Of a stretch of 32,000 nucleotides of DNA, positions 1 to 10,791 are shown piece by piece. Position 1 is the first letter of the stretch. Every line of letters begins with the position of its first letter. The notes below the pieces were generated by a model. That model saw only the letters and a program-made list of their open reading frames with translations. It was not told the DNA's origin and ran no database searches. Position numbers and translations under genes: made by a program. This DNA comes from Geotalea uraniireducens Rf4 (GTDB lineage Bacteria; Desulfobacterota; Desulfuromonadia; Geobacterales; Geobacteraceae): assembly GCF_000016745.1 (NCBI RefSeq), contig NC_009483.1, positions 1,530,001 to 1,562,000 on the forward strand. The letters are read 5' to 3'.

Positions 1-611
1 CGAAATCGGTGAGTAAAATCGATTTGGATAACGCCGAGAATGCCGTCCACGTGGCAAAAGCAAATCTCGAAGTCGCCCGGAGACAGTACGAGCTCACCAA
101 GGCCGGGGCCTGGATCTATGACATACGCAACCAGGAAAAACAACACCAGGCGCTGACAAAGGCGTACATGGCTTCGGATGCTCTCCTCGCCAAATACATC
201 ATACGGGCGCCGTCAGACGGGGTGATCCTCTCCATAAACGCCGCGGTCGGCAGCTACATATCCCCGCAGGGCACCTATGACACCTATACCCAAGGATCTA
301 CGCCGGTTTTCGTCATGGGGAGCGCGCAGGCGTATGGCGGGGTCAGGTGCTACATCGACGAGATCCTCGTCCACCGCCTGCCGACGCCGGCCCGGCTGAA
401 GTCAAAAATGTTCATCCGCGGCACGGACATCAGCATCCCCCTGGAGTATGTGCGGGTGCAGCCTTATGTGTCGCCGAAGATCCAGTTGTCGAACCAGCGG
501 ACCGAGCGGGTGGACGTGCGGGTGCTGCCGGTCATCTTCAGATTTCAGAAGCCGGGCAATTTTTCCCTCTATCCCGGCCAACTGGTGGACGTCTATATCG
601 GCGAGGAATAA
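1..611 (+). CDS. HlyD-family membrane-fusion (periplasmic adaptor) protein of an efflux pump, C-terminal part; 5' end lies outside the window
   Basis: The frame is open to the left window edge. The translation has a coiled-coil segment followed by beta-barrel motifs typical of HlyD/EmrA adaptors (YIIRAPSDGVILSINAAVGSYIS, LYPGQLVDVYI). An outer-membrane-factor gene follows in the same direction. Confidence 0.8.
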   Translation, partial: KSVSKIDLDNAENAVHVAKANLEVARRQYELTKAGAWIYDIRNQEKQHQALTKAYMASDALLAKYIIRAPSDGVILSINAAVGSYISPQGTYDTYTQGSTPVFVMGSAQAYGGVRCYIDEILVHRLPTPARLKSKMFIRGTDISIPLEYVRVQPYVSPKIQLSNQRTERVDVRVLPVIFRFQKPGNFSLYPGQLVDVYIGEE

Positions 612-706
612 CCCTAACCCCGATGAACGGGATAAGTCCCTTCACGAAAAATTCTTCGCAAAAAACATGCAAATAATTTTTCTAAGGGACTAAGGGGGAA
701 GTCACG

Positions 707-1042
707 ATGGAGATACTGAGTAGTGTCGTCCAAATAATCTGCACGGTCATCAGCGTATTAGGCGCCCTGATTGTCATCTATGGCGTCGTTGAGGCGATCA
801 TCAGTTTTTTGCGGCACAAGCTGTCTGCGGAGAAGAAGGATCAGATAACGGAAAATGAGACGATCCGGCAACGTCTGGGCGCCCATCTCTTGTTGGGGCT
901 GGAAATTTTCATTGCTGCAGACATCATAAGCTCTGTAGTCAGTCCGAACTGGAGCAAGGTGGGGATATTGGCCGCTATCGTCGCCATCCGAACGGTATTG
1001 AGCTATTTCCTGAGAATGGAAGTAAAACAGACACAAGGGTAA
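707..1042 (+). CDS. small integral membrane protein, DUF1622-like
   Basis: 111 aa with hydrophobic N- and C-terminal helices. The motif LLLGLEIFIAADIISSVV...IRTVLSYFL matches my recollection of the DUF1622 signature. A purine-rich SD (AAGGGGGAAG) precedes the ATG. Confidence 0.65.
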   Translation: MEILSSVVQIICTVISVLGALIVIYGVVEAIISFLRHKLSAEKKDQITENETIRQRLGAHLLLGLEIFIAADIISSVVSPNWSKVGILAAIVAIRTVLSYFLRMEVKQTQG

Positions 1043-1140
1043 CCTTTGTGGGAAAATTCATGAAGAAATCGATGTCTTGGTATAGATACGTTTTCAGGGG
1101 AGTCGGGAAAGCAGAGAATGCCGCCAGCCCCGGAACGGGG

Positions 1141-2631
1141 ATGCGGGCACTGATAGTGGTGGGCGGGATAGCGCTCGTCTCGCTTGCCGGCTGTGCCGTG
1201 GGGCCGGACTTTGTCCGTCCCGCGCCTCCCACGGTCGAACAATACACCCACGGGACAGCGCCGACCACGACCATACCTGCCGACGGCCAGACGCAGCACT
1301 TTGCCAAGGGGGCCAGGATCGCCGCAGACTGGTGGCGCCTGTTCAACTCCGCGAAGATCAACGCCGTGGTGCAGGAGGTCATCGCCAACAACCCGAGTCT
1401 CCAGGCGGCGCAAGCGAGCCTGCGCCAGAGTCAGGACAACCTCCGTGCCGGTTACGGTGTATTCTTTCCCCAAGTCGATGCCTCGTTCGATGCCGCGCGG
1501 CAGAAGTTCTCCCCGGCCCGTTTCGGCGGGAGCAATCCCAGCATCTTCAACCTGTTCACCCTTCAGGCCTCGGTCAGCTATGCCCTCGACGTCTTCGGCG
1601 GCGAGCGCCGTGCGGTTGAGGGGTTGCAAGCCCAGGTAGATGTGCAGCGCGCCGCCGTCCTTGGCACCTACCTCACGCTATCGGGCAACGTCGTCAACAC
1701 CTTGATCGCCCAGGCGGCCTACCGCGAAGAGATCAGGGCCACCGAGCAACTCATCGACATGCAGCGGGAACAGGTCGCGATCACCGAAGCGCAGACACAG
1801 GCCGGCACGGTGCCGTACGCGAACGTGCTCAGCCTCCGCAGTCAGCTGGCCGCCGTCGAAGCGACGCTGCCACCGCTCCGGCAAAAGCTCGACCAAGCCG
1901 GGCATCTACTCGCCACCCTGGCTGGCCGTGCACCGGCGCAGTGGGCACCTCCGCAGCTTGAGCTGGCCGACCTCACGCTCCCCCGTGACCTGCCGGTGAC
2001 CCTTCCTTCGGAGCTGGTGCGCCAGCGACCCGATATCCTCGCGGCCGAAGCAGAGCTGCACGGCGCGAACGCTGATATCGGGGTGGCCACCGCGGCACTC
2101 TTCCCGAGCTTTACGCTGAACGGCGGCTACGGCTTCAACAACAGCACCATCGGTAACCTCTTGAAGATCGACAGCAGCTTCTGGAGCCTGGGGGCAAACG
2201 TCACTGCGCCGCTGTTCCGCGGCGGCACGCTCTGGTTCCAGCGGGAGGCGGCAAAGGAGCGCTACCGGCAGTCGCTGGCCGGCTACCGGCAGACCGTACT
2301 CAGCGCCTTTGCCCAGGTTGCCGACACCCTGCGGGCGCTGGAACATGACGCAGAGAGTCTTCACGCCCAGTCTCAATCCCTCGACACTGCGGATGAAGCG
2401 CTGCGGCTGATCCAGGCAAATTACCGGGCCGGCACCGTCAACTATCTGCAGATCCTCATTGCCAACGGTCAGTACCATCAGGCAAAGATCGGCTGGCTCC
2501 GGGCGCAGGCCCAGCGGTTCCAGGACACTGTCGCCCTTTTTGTCGCCCTTGGCGGAGGGTGGTGGAACGCCGAGGAAAAGGCCGCTGCAACAGACGGTCT
2601 GCAAACGTCCGCACTTCCCCCCTCACCCTAG
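1141..2631 (+). CDS. NodT-family efflux outer-membrane-factor lipoprotein (the ORF is open from 1048; the start at 1141 is preferred)
   Basis: Lipoprotein signal peptide MRALIVVGGIALVSLAG|C with the classic NodT N-terminus CAVGPDFVRP. Other family motifs: WWRLFND-like WWRLFNS, LRPDILAAE-like RPDILAAEAELHGANADIG, and C-terminal LGGGWW. Confidence 0.88.
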   Translation: MRALIVVGGIALVSLAGCAVGPDFVRPAPPTVEQYTHGTAPTTTIPADGQTQHFAKGARIAADWWRLFNSAKINAVVQEVIANNPSLQAAQASLRQSQDNLRAGYGVFFPQVDASFDAARQKFSPARFGGSNPSIFNLFTLQASVSYALDVFGGERRAVEGLQAQVDVQRAAVLGTYLTLSGNVVNTLIAQAAYREEIRATEQLIDMQREQVAITEAQTQAGTVPYANVLSLRSQLAAVEATLPPLRQKLDQAGHLLATLAGRAPAQWAPPQLELADLTLPRDLPVTLPSELVRQRPDILAAEAELHGANADIGVATAALFPSFTLNGGYGFNNSTIGNLLKIDSSFWSLGANVTAPLFRGGTLWFQREAAKERYRQSLAGYRQTVLSAFAQVADTLRALEHDAESLHAQSQSLDTADEALRLIQANYRAGTVNYLQILIANGQYHQAKIGWLRAQAQRFQDTVALFVALGGGWWNAEEKAAATDGLQTSALPPSP

Positions 2632-2670
2632 CCCTCTCCTTTAGGCCCGCAATTTGGGTCCACAAGGGGC

Positions 2671-2708
2671 GAGGGGACTTTAAAGCTCCCCTCCCTTGAT
2701 GGGAGGGG
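2671..2708. terminator. two overlapping G/C hairpins between convergent genes (putative bidirectional terminator)
   Basis: GAGGGGA(2671-2677)/TCCCCTC(2687-2693) and CCCCTCCC(2688-2695)/GGGAGGGG(2701-2708) share the central C-rich arm. The region lies between the NodT stop (2631) and the radical SAM stop (2734). There is no clear U tract. Confidence 0.35.
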
Positions 2709-2733
2709 TTGGGGGAGGGTGCAATGTGCGGGT

Positions 2734-4452
2734 TTACAGGTCAAGAACACGGACCTGCAACCCTTTTCCCGGTGCGGAGATATAGACGAAGAGCAGCCGG
2801 ACCGGCACTGGAAGTGGTCGTCTGCTACGGTAGTCGCGGCTGAAGCTCCGGCTGAAGGTCCTCACCTTGCTCCCTTCCGCAATGTCGAGCTCTTTTACGA
2901 GTTCGATGATTTTCCCCTTATCCCCTGCACCTGTTTCCAAGTGTACGCTGTCGGAGAAAAAAGAGGGGAGCCTGCCCGCTGCCGGGTATTCGGCGAGACA
3001 GAAATCGTAGCAGAGGGCGTCCCGGAAGAGCTCCCGTTCTTCTTCGGCGAGGAAATGTCCCGCAAACTGCCGGAACGTCTCGAACAGCCCGGCCTGGGAG
3101 AGGTGCGCTGCTATCTCCCTTTCTTCCCAGAATTGTGCTGCATCATTGAACACAGAGGTGAGAGGCGATTTGTCCGCCAGCACGGCAAGGGAGGCGCCGA
3201 ATCTGCCGCTGTTGTAGAGGAGATCCAGCAGTCTGGAAATGGTCTCGATGCGGCAGATTTCCTCGAAGGAAAGCCAGGGGGTGCGCAGTATCTTGTACGG
3301 CGGGGTGGCGGAATAGGCGTACCCCTCGTCGTCCGCAATCCTCCGCATGGCCGAGCCCTTCAGCACCTTGAGCGGCTCGACCTGGATATGGTGGGGGGAG
3401 ACATCGATCAGGCGCTGGAGGGAGTCGAGAAACCCGTCGAAATCTTCATAGGGGAGGCCTGCCACCAGGTCCAGGTGAATGGTAACGTTTGTGTCGCGGC
3501 AGAGCTTCTCCACGTTTCCGAACAGCTTTTCCAGGTTCGACTTGCGGCCGACCCGCGCCAGGGTTTCCGTACCACCCGACTGGACGCCGATTTCAAAACG
3601 AAAGGTGTCCGGCGGGACCGTGGCGAGCATGGCGAGGTTGTCGTCGGTCAGGAGGTCGGCGGCGATCTCGAAGTGAAAGCGGCTTTGCCGGTTGTTGCGG
3701 CCGATAAAATCCCATATTTCATCGGCGCGGGGTGCGTCGTAATTAAAGGTCCGGTCCACCAGCTTGACGGTCTGTACCCCTGCATCCATGAGGAGCTTCA
3801 GGTCGCTCTTGATGCGGGGCATGGAAAAGGAGCGCACACCCTTCTCCAGGGAGGACATGCAGAAGGCGCAGGAGAACGGGCAGCCGCGGGAGGTCTCATA
3901 ATAGACGAGCGGCTTGCCCAGGTCCACCAGGGAGGCGGCGAAAGGGGAGGGGATCGTATCCAGGTCGGCGATGGAATCCCGGCCGGGGGATGCGATGATT
4001 TCTTCGTCGGCGCGGAAGGTGATGCCGGGAATACTGCCCAGTTGTTGTGTGGTCGAGTGGTTGAGTCGCAACGCTTCCAGCAGTTGCCGGCAGCCGGTTT
4101 CTCCTTCTCCCTTGATGACGCAGTCAACGGCCGGGTTCCGGTCCAGGAGGTCGAAAACGCCGTAGGATACCTCCGGACCGCCGAGGACGACGAAGGTTCC
4201 GGGCCGTATCTGCTTCAGGTCGGCAACCAGCTTCAGGGTCTGTTCCACGTTCCAGATGTAACAGGAAAAGAGCAGCACATCCGCCTCTTCCGCGACGATC
4301 CGCTCCAGGACCCGATCGGCAGGTTCGTTGATGGTGAATTCTCGGATGGTGAGGTCGATCCCTTCGATTTCCTTGCAGGCAGCGGCCAGGTAGGGGAGAG
4401 CGAGGGATGCGTGGATATATTTGGCGTGCAGGGTTGTGAGTAGTATTTTCAT
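2734..4452 (-). CDS. B12-binding-domain radical SAM protein (DUF4080-type C-terminus); the ORF is open to 4536 but MKILLTTLHAKY at 4452 is the likely start
   Basis: N-terminal cobalamin-binding-like fold (ADVLLFSCYIWN...VVLGGPEVSY). Radical SAM cluster motif YYETSRGCPFSCAFC (CX3CX2C). Length is about 570 aa. Confidence 0.85.
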   Translation of the reverse strand: MKILLTTLHAKYIHASLALPYLAAACKEIEGIDLTIREFTINEPADRVLERIVAEEADVLLFSCYIWNVEQTLKLVADLKQIRPGTFVVLGGPEVSYGVFDLLDRNPAVDCVIKGEGETGCRQLLEALRLNHSTTQQLGSIPGITFRADEEIIASPGRDSIADLDTIPSPFAASLVDLGKPLVYYETSRGCPFSCAFCMSSLEKGVRSFSMPRIKSDLKLLMDAGVQTVKLVDRTFNYDAPRADEIWDFIGRNNRQSRFHFEIAADLLTDDNLAMLATVPPDTFRFEIGVQSGGTETLARVGRKSNLEKLFGNVEKLCRDTNVTIHLDLVAGLPYEDFDGFLDSLQRLIDVSPHHIQVEPLKVLKGSAMRRIADDEGYAYSATPPYKILRTPWLSFEEICRIETISRLLDLLYNSGRFGASLAVLADKSPLTSVFNDAAQFWEEREIAAHLSQAGLFETFRQFAGHFLAEEERELFRDALCYDFCLAEYPAAGRLPSFFSDSVHLETGAGDKGKIIELVKELDIAEGSKVRTFSRSFSRDYRSRRPLPVPVRLLFVYISAPGKGLQVRVLDL

Positions 4453-4572
4453 GGGGAAATTGTAGCGGATAGATGGGTGGTTGGCCAGCGAAAGTTGCCT
4501 TTGGAAAGATTGAACCTGGAGAAGATATCCCACCATTAAAATGAAATTCCGAAGAAAGCCCGAGAAATAAAA

Positions 4573-4601
4573 TTGAAAAATTACCCTTTAAGGGTTATAG
4601 T
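4573..4601 (+). promoter_or_regulatory. sigma70-type promoter of mqsRA with a putative MqsA operator palindrome in the spacer
   Basis: -35 TTGAAA (4573-4578), exact 17-nt spacer, -10 TATAGT (4596-4601). The spacer holds the palindrome ACCCT-TTA-AGGGT (4583-4595), which resembles the E. coli MqsA operator ACCT-N3-AGGT. Confidence 0.5.
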
Positions 4602-4606
4602 GAACT

Positions 4607-4906
4607 ATGGAAAAGCGACGTCCCCATTATGACCTCAAGTCGATCCAGGCACAGATGGACTGCATTGAGGCAATGAACCTGACCATGACCGCCCGACACG
4701 GCATCAAAGCGATCGGAATGGCCTTGGGAGATGCGCTGGTGGTAATCAAGAGGCTTTCAATGGGAAATTTTTATAAGGCCATGACAGTTCATGCGGACAG
4801 CAGGGTTTGGCAAGATGTATATCACGCTGAATGGAAAGGAAGGGCCTTGTACATCAAGTTTCAGCGACACGAAGAATTCTTTATCGTGTCGTTCAAGGAG
4901 CGTTGA
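4607..4906 (+). CDS. mqsR: type II toxin MqsR (mRNA interferase)
   Basis: 99 aa. Blocks shared with E. coli MqsR as I recall it: MEKRxPH at the N-terminus, FYKxMT, WQDVY, and IVSFKE at the C-terminus. The toxin gene precedes the antitoxin, the hallmark mqsRA order. Confidence 0.9.
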   Translation: MEKRRPHYDLKSIQAQMDCIEAMNLTMTARHGIKAIGMALGDALVVIKRLSMGNFYKAMTVHADSRVWQDVYHAEWKGRALYIKFQRHEEFFIVSFKER

Positions 4907-4908
4907 TC

Positions 4909-5331
4909 ATGAGTAAACAATGGAACGGGAAAACATGTCCCGCATGTTTTCAGGGAACTTTGGAACATCGGGTGAAACGGACGCAATTTGAGTACCGCAG
5001 CAACATTCTGGAATACGACCAGGAAGGGGCTTGGTGCGGCACATGTGGTGAAGGGATCGTCACTGGAAAAGAAGCGGCTGCCGCTGAATCGTTGCTTGAC
5101 GATTTCATTGCCCGTGTGGACAAGGAAGAGGCTTCCGAACTGGCCCGCATCAGAAAGAAGCTCGGACTTAACCAGAAGGAGGCGGCCATGATCGCCGGTG
5201 GCGGCCACAACGCCTTCTCTCGCTACGAGAGGGGTGAAGCCAGACCCGTTGCCGCTGTAGTGAACCTCTTCCGTCTGCTGGACCGGCATCCTGAGCTGCT
5301 GAACGAATTGAAAAAGCAAAAAGCCGCATAG
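4909..5331 (+). CDS. mqsA: antitoxin MqsA (N-terminal zinc-binding domain plus C-terminal XRE-type HTH)
   Basis: The ATG lies 2 nt after the mqsR stop. Zn ligands CPAC...CGTC. IRKKLGLNQKEAAMIAGGGHNAFSRYERG and LDRHPELLNE closely match E. coli MqsA blocks. The track ORF from 4831 overlaps mqsR and is not the real start. Confidence 0.9.
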   Translation: MSKQWNGKTCPACFQGTLEHRVKRTQFEYRSNILEYDQEGAWCGTCGEGIVTGKEAAAAESLLDDFIARVDKEEASELARIRKKLGLNQKEAAMIAGGGHNAFSRYERGEARPVAAVVNLFRLLDRHPELLNELKKQKAA

Positions 5332-5761
5332 CAGCAGTGTCAGGCTGAAGGCCGAACCAGGCACTTCACTTGATTCCGCTGCGCTCAATAAGTGAGCGCC
5401 GGAGCCGTTGGGAGCATTTGTGACCCTAAAAATTGAAACAGTTTGCGCAGGGGTTGAAACTGTCGGACGTAGTACGCGAGGCAATTCATGAAACCCTTGA
5501 AACCTGCCTGACAACGCGTTCAAACGGACGCGGGAAAAAAGTCCGCGCCGGTTAGCTTTTGATAACTGCTTGATTTTACTCTGCGCCTGCGCGCTGACCC
5601 GCTATGGCGCACAAGCGCATTCTTTGTGGCTTTGCGAGGGACTGCGTTTTTCAAGTTGATTACAGCGTACCCCTCTTCTTCCCCCGCTTTAACCAAAGCT
5701 TTGCCACGCACCCCTGCGTAACTATTGCCGCTTTTTCCGTTTTCTGTTACCCTGCCGTATC

Positions 5762-7099
5762 ATGAAAAGAAAAACATTACCCAAACTCCTCTATGCAGAC
5801 GCAAAGGGAAACATCTTCGACCATCCCTTCCTCACCATGGCCGGCATGAACGGCACGGAGGCGGTTTTACCGGAAGGGGTGGAACTGATCCCGCTCCCCG
5901 AGGACAGTCGTCTCTTCACCATCCCCGACACCCCTCCCATCGCCTGGGACGGGAAAAAGCACGCCTTCGTCACCGTGGAGGAGATCCGGGAAGGGCGGCG
6001 GACGATGAAGGTCCAGGCGGTTTCCGCCTTCATGGCCCCCGGCTACATGCGGACGCTTCTCCCCGCCTGCGACTACGGTAAAAAGAAGGTTCATCTGCCG
6101 CTCTGGTCCTACACCGCCGTGGGGTGGGACGAGGAGACCGAGCGGTTTGTGGTGGCGGCCAGCCGTGTCGATGCCAACGAGAACTGGCTCCCCAAAAACT
6201 ACGACGACCGCAAGCTTGATCCCCTGGTGAGAAAAAGGCTCAAGGAGATGCCCGACAACCGCCTTCTCGAACAGCTGTCCCGCTGCGCCGTTGATTATCA
6301 CTGCTTTGCGGCCAAGAACCTCTTCTTCCGCCGCTGGGAAGCGCCGCTCCCCACGTCGCCGGTCTGCAACTCCCGTTGCCTCGGGTGCATCAGTCTTCAG
6401 CCCTCCGACTGCTGCCCGTCCAACCACGAGCGGATCCAGTTCGTCCCCACACCGGAGGAGATCGTCGAGCTGGCCTTGCCGCACCTGAACGAGGCGCCGG
6501 AGCCGATCGTCTCCTACGGCCAGGGGTGCGAAGGGGACCCGATCATGCAGGCCGATACCATTGCCGAGGCGACGCGCCGACTCAAGGCCGCCACGAGCCG
6601 CGGCACGGTCAACTTCAATTCCAACGGTTCATTCCCCGAGCGGGTCCGCATGCTCTGCGACGCGGGGATGGATTCCATGCGCTTTTCCATGAATTCGGTG
6701 CAGGAAGAGTTCTACAACCGCTACTACCGGCCTGTGGGATATAAATTTGCCGATGTGATGGAGTCGGTCAAGGCGGCCAAGGAGCGCGGCCTCTTCACCA
6801 TGATCAACTACCTGGTGTCGCCGGGGCTTACCGACAGCGAGGCGGAGGTGGAGGCGCTTCTGAGGTTCATCAATGATACCGGGGTGGACATGCTGCAGAT
6901 GCGCAACCTCTCCATCGATCCCGATTTTTACAATGAACGGATGCAGGTTTCCGGTCGGGGAATCGGCATGTACCGGATGCTGGAGCGGGTGAAGCGGGAA
7001 TTCCCCCGCATCCAGTACGGTTATTTCAACCGGACCAGGGAGAACTTCTACCCGGAAGGTCTTGAAACGAGCTGGCCGATCAAGGGGAAAAAACGGTGA
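5762..7099 (+). CDS. radical SAM protein of unknown function with a roughly 200-aa N-terminal extension
   Basis: CX3CX2C motif CNSRCLGC at about residue 203, followed by a TIM-barrel-like region (GQGCEGDP, NFNSNG). 445 aa. Confidence 0.8.
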   Translation: MKRKTLPKLLYADAKGNIFDHPFLTMAGMNGTEAVLPEGVELIPLPEDSRLFTIPDTPPIAWDGKKHAFVTVEEIREGRRTMKVQAVSAFMAPGYMRTLLPACDYGKKKVHLPLWSYTAVGWDEETERFVVAASRVDANENWLPKNYDDRKLDPLVRKRLKEMPDNRLLEQLSRCAVDYHCFAAKNLFFRRWEAPLPTSPVCNSRCLGCISLQPSDCCPSNHERIQFVPTPEEIVELALPHLNEAPEPIVSYGQGCEGDPIMQADTIAEATRRLKAATSRGTVNFNSNGSFPERVRMLCDAGMDSMRFSMNSVQEEFYNRYYRPVGYKFADVMESVKAAKERGLFTMINYLVSPGLTDSEAEVEALLRFINDTGVDMLQMRNLSIDPDFYNERMQVSGRGIGMYRMLERVKREFPRIQYGYFNRTRENFYPEGLETSWPIKGKKR

Positions 7100-7355
7100 G
7101 GTAAGGAGTGATTGGCGGAAAAACGAAGGTCCAGCCGGGAATTTCGGGGGAAGGCCGTCAGCCGTGACTTCGTTCGTTCGGTCGCCGCAGCTGCGGACCT
7201 TGCGCCGTCTCTCGATGTATTGCCTGACTAATCGTTTGCAGACGAAGGTGCTTCCTTCAATCTTTGGCGGGTGTCCGCTCGCCACTGCGGCTCTGTCACT
7301 CACTCCCGAAGCCACGGCAGCCGTTCCCGGAAATGTCGGAAGAACCAAAATGAAG

Positions 7356-7384
7356 CGGGGCCTTCGACAGAATCGAAGGCCCCG
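7356..7384 (-). terminator. rho-independent terminator after the cytochrome c7 gene (possibly bidirectional)
   Basis: Perfect 12-bp stem CGGGGCCTTCGA / TCGAAGGCCCCG with a 5-nt loop. T-rich runs lie on both sides (CATTTTGG on the minus strand, TTTAGTTTTG on the plus strand). Confidence 0.65.
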
Positions 7385-7394
7385 TTTAGTTTTG

Positions 7395-7664
7395 TCAGCT
7401 GCTCTGCTTGTGGCAGTCGCCGCAGTGGCGGAGCGGCCCGGCGCCGAGCTTTTTGTGGCAGCCCAGGCAGAGCTTGTGGGCCGAGTCGTGGTCGAGTTCG
7501 ATGAACCGTGGCGGGCCGTTGTGGCAGTCGCCGCAGGTGAAGTTCCGCCGGTGTTCGATGTGGTTGAAGGTCACGTCGCCGTTGTACGCCTTGAAGACGT
7601 AGGCCGCCTGGGCAACGAACGCGTACGAGAGGATGATGAGCAGCAAAAGAATCGTTTTTTTCAT
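7395..7664 (-). CDS. periplasmic triheme cytochrome c7 (PpcA family)
   Basis: Signal peptide MKKTILLLLIILSYAFVAQA. Three CXXCH motifs (CGDCH, CLGCH, CGDCH) in a mature protein of about 70 aa. KAYNGDVTFNH resembles PpcA KAKNGDVKFPH. Confidence 0.88.
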   Translation of the reverse strand: MKKTILLLLIILSYAFVAQAAYVFKAYNGDVTFNHIEHRRNFTCGDCHNGPPRFIELDHDSAHKLCLGCHKKLGAGPLRHCGDCHKQSS

Positions 7665-7705
7665 GGTATCTGCCGATGGTGTTTTTTCCAGGTAAATGTC
7701 TGGTT

Positions 7706-7734
7706 GTTATAGATAAAAGCTCCGCTAATGTCAA
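7706..7734 (-). promoter_or_regulatory. sigma70-type promoter for the cytochrome c7 gene
   Basis: The minus strand reads TTGACA (7734-7729), a 17-nt spacer, then TATAAC (7711-7706), about 40 nt upstream of the ATG at 7664. Confidence 0.45.
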
Positions 7735-7817
7735 CCAGAACTTCTTTTTTTCAACCTGTTAGCGCAACAGTTCCTCCAACCTGCGCTGGTCGAAACCCTA
7801 GATGGTCCGGTCGAAGA

Positions 7818-7892
7818 TCATGAAGGTCGGCGTTGCCCAATGCTGGTCCGGCTAGTATGAACAAAGTGCGTCATACCGATTAAATTCTTCAT
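7818..7892 (-). CDS. candidate 24-aa small ORF (MKNLIGMTHFVHTSRTSIGQRRPS)
   Basis: Perfect SD AGGAGG (7903-7898) lies 5 nt before the ATG (7892-7890), 35 nt downstream of the acyP stop on the same strand. It falls below the ORF-track size cutoff as an independent start. Confidence 0.2.
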   Translation of the reverse strand: MKNLIGMTHFVHTSRTSIGQRRPS

Positions 7893-7926
7893 GGAAACCT
7901 CCTGTTGCCGATGGATGCAGGATGGA

Positions 7927-8202
7927 CTAATAGGCGATATGGAAGTCGTCGAACTCACCGGTGAACTCGCCCCTCTCCACCTCCACACCGCTGACCCTGG
8001 CACTGCCGGGGCCCTGTCGGCACCAGTCGATGAGCGCCGCCACATCATTCTCTTCCCCTTCGAAGCACCCCGCAACGCTCCCGTTGGGGAGGTTTTTCAC
8101 CCAACCGCTGACATTGAACCGCATGGCTGTCTGCTGCGTGTAGCGGCGAAAATTGACCCCCTGGACCATACCTTTGACCGTTACCATGGCGCGGATTTTC
8201 AT
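7927..8202 (-). CDS. acyP: acylphosphatase
   Basis: 91 aa with the acylphosphatase signature VKGMVQGVNFRRYT and GWVKNLPNGSV. SD GGAGGG precedes the start. Confidence 0.9.
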   Translation of the reverse strand: MKIRAMVTVKGMVQGVNFRRYTQQTAMRFNVSGWVKNLPNGSVAGCFEGEENDVAALIDWCRQGPGSARVSGVEVERGEFTGEFDDFHIAY

Positions 8203-8217
8203 CTGTTCATCCCTCCA

Positions 8218-10411
<2,194 letters not shown>

Positions 10412-10678
10412 TTATAGCACAGCGCGGTGGGCTTTGCAATTTTACATGGAGTATTCCCGGATGCCGGGGCGATTATTTGTGATGGTCAGGCAAATGGTTA
10501 TGAACAACGGAATACCATTGATTTCCGGCATAGTCATTTTTTGCATGTATTTTGAGCTGTTACCTTTAAAGCTGGACGCATCCGATTTACCAAGGTCATA
10601 TCCATTCAAGCATTAAAGTGCTCAAATAAAACCATGTTTTAATATGTATTTCAGGTAGTTATGGATATGGTTCAGAGA

Positions 10679-10694
10679 TGGTATCCTTATTGCT
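10679..10694 (+). promoter_or_regulatory. candidate sigma54 (-24/-12) promoter upstream of the ABC importer operon
   Basis: TGGTATCCTTATTGCT has GG and GC at the canonical 12-nt register (consensus TGGCAC-N5-TTGCW). It lies about 100 nt upstream of the ATG at 10792, inside a 410-bp AT-rich intergenic region. Confidence 0.4.
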
Positions 10695-10791
10695 GATACA
10701 GTTTTATAAAAACGGTAAGTAGATGGAAATTGAATCCATGCTGCCCAAATTATTTGACGCAAAACAACTCAAACAATAGGAGGAAGTATTT

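Noticed and set aside
2719-4443. 574-aa ORF on the plus strand
   Set aside because: It lies exactly antisense to the well-supported B12-binding radical SAM gene. The translation is low-complexity and Gly/Glu/Val-rich, with no motifs. It is a typical shadow ORF in GC-rich DNA.
5332-5761. 430-bp gap after mqsA; I looked for a tRNA, a small RNA or a decayed gene (track ORF 5520-5711 on the minus strand)
   Set aside because: I could not build a cloverleaf, and the 63-aa ORF has no RBS and an Arg/Ser-rich, unconvincing sequence. I found only modest hairpins (GCGCTCA-ATAAG-TGAGCGC at 5381-5399; ACAGTTT/AAACTGT at about 5440-5465). I left it unannotated rather than inventing a feature.
7100-7355. 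Unannotated 255-bp stretch between the radical SAM stop and the c7 terminator, with the palindrome CCGCAGCTGCGG near 7186-7197
   Set aside because: There is no ORF with an RBS, no promoter or terminator pair, and no recognisable RNA motif. The evidence is too weak to call an sRNA.
10434-10616. 60-aa ORF in the AT-rich ligA/ABC intergenic region
   Set aside because: It has no RBS, an odd Met-rich composition, and sits in a probable promoter or leader region. It is probably non-coding.
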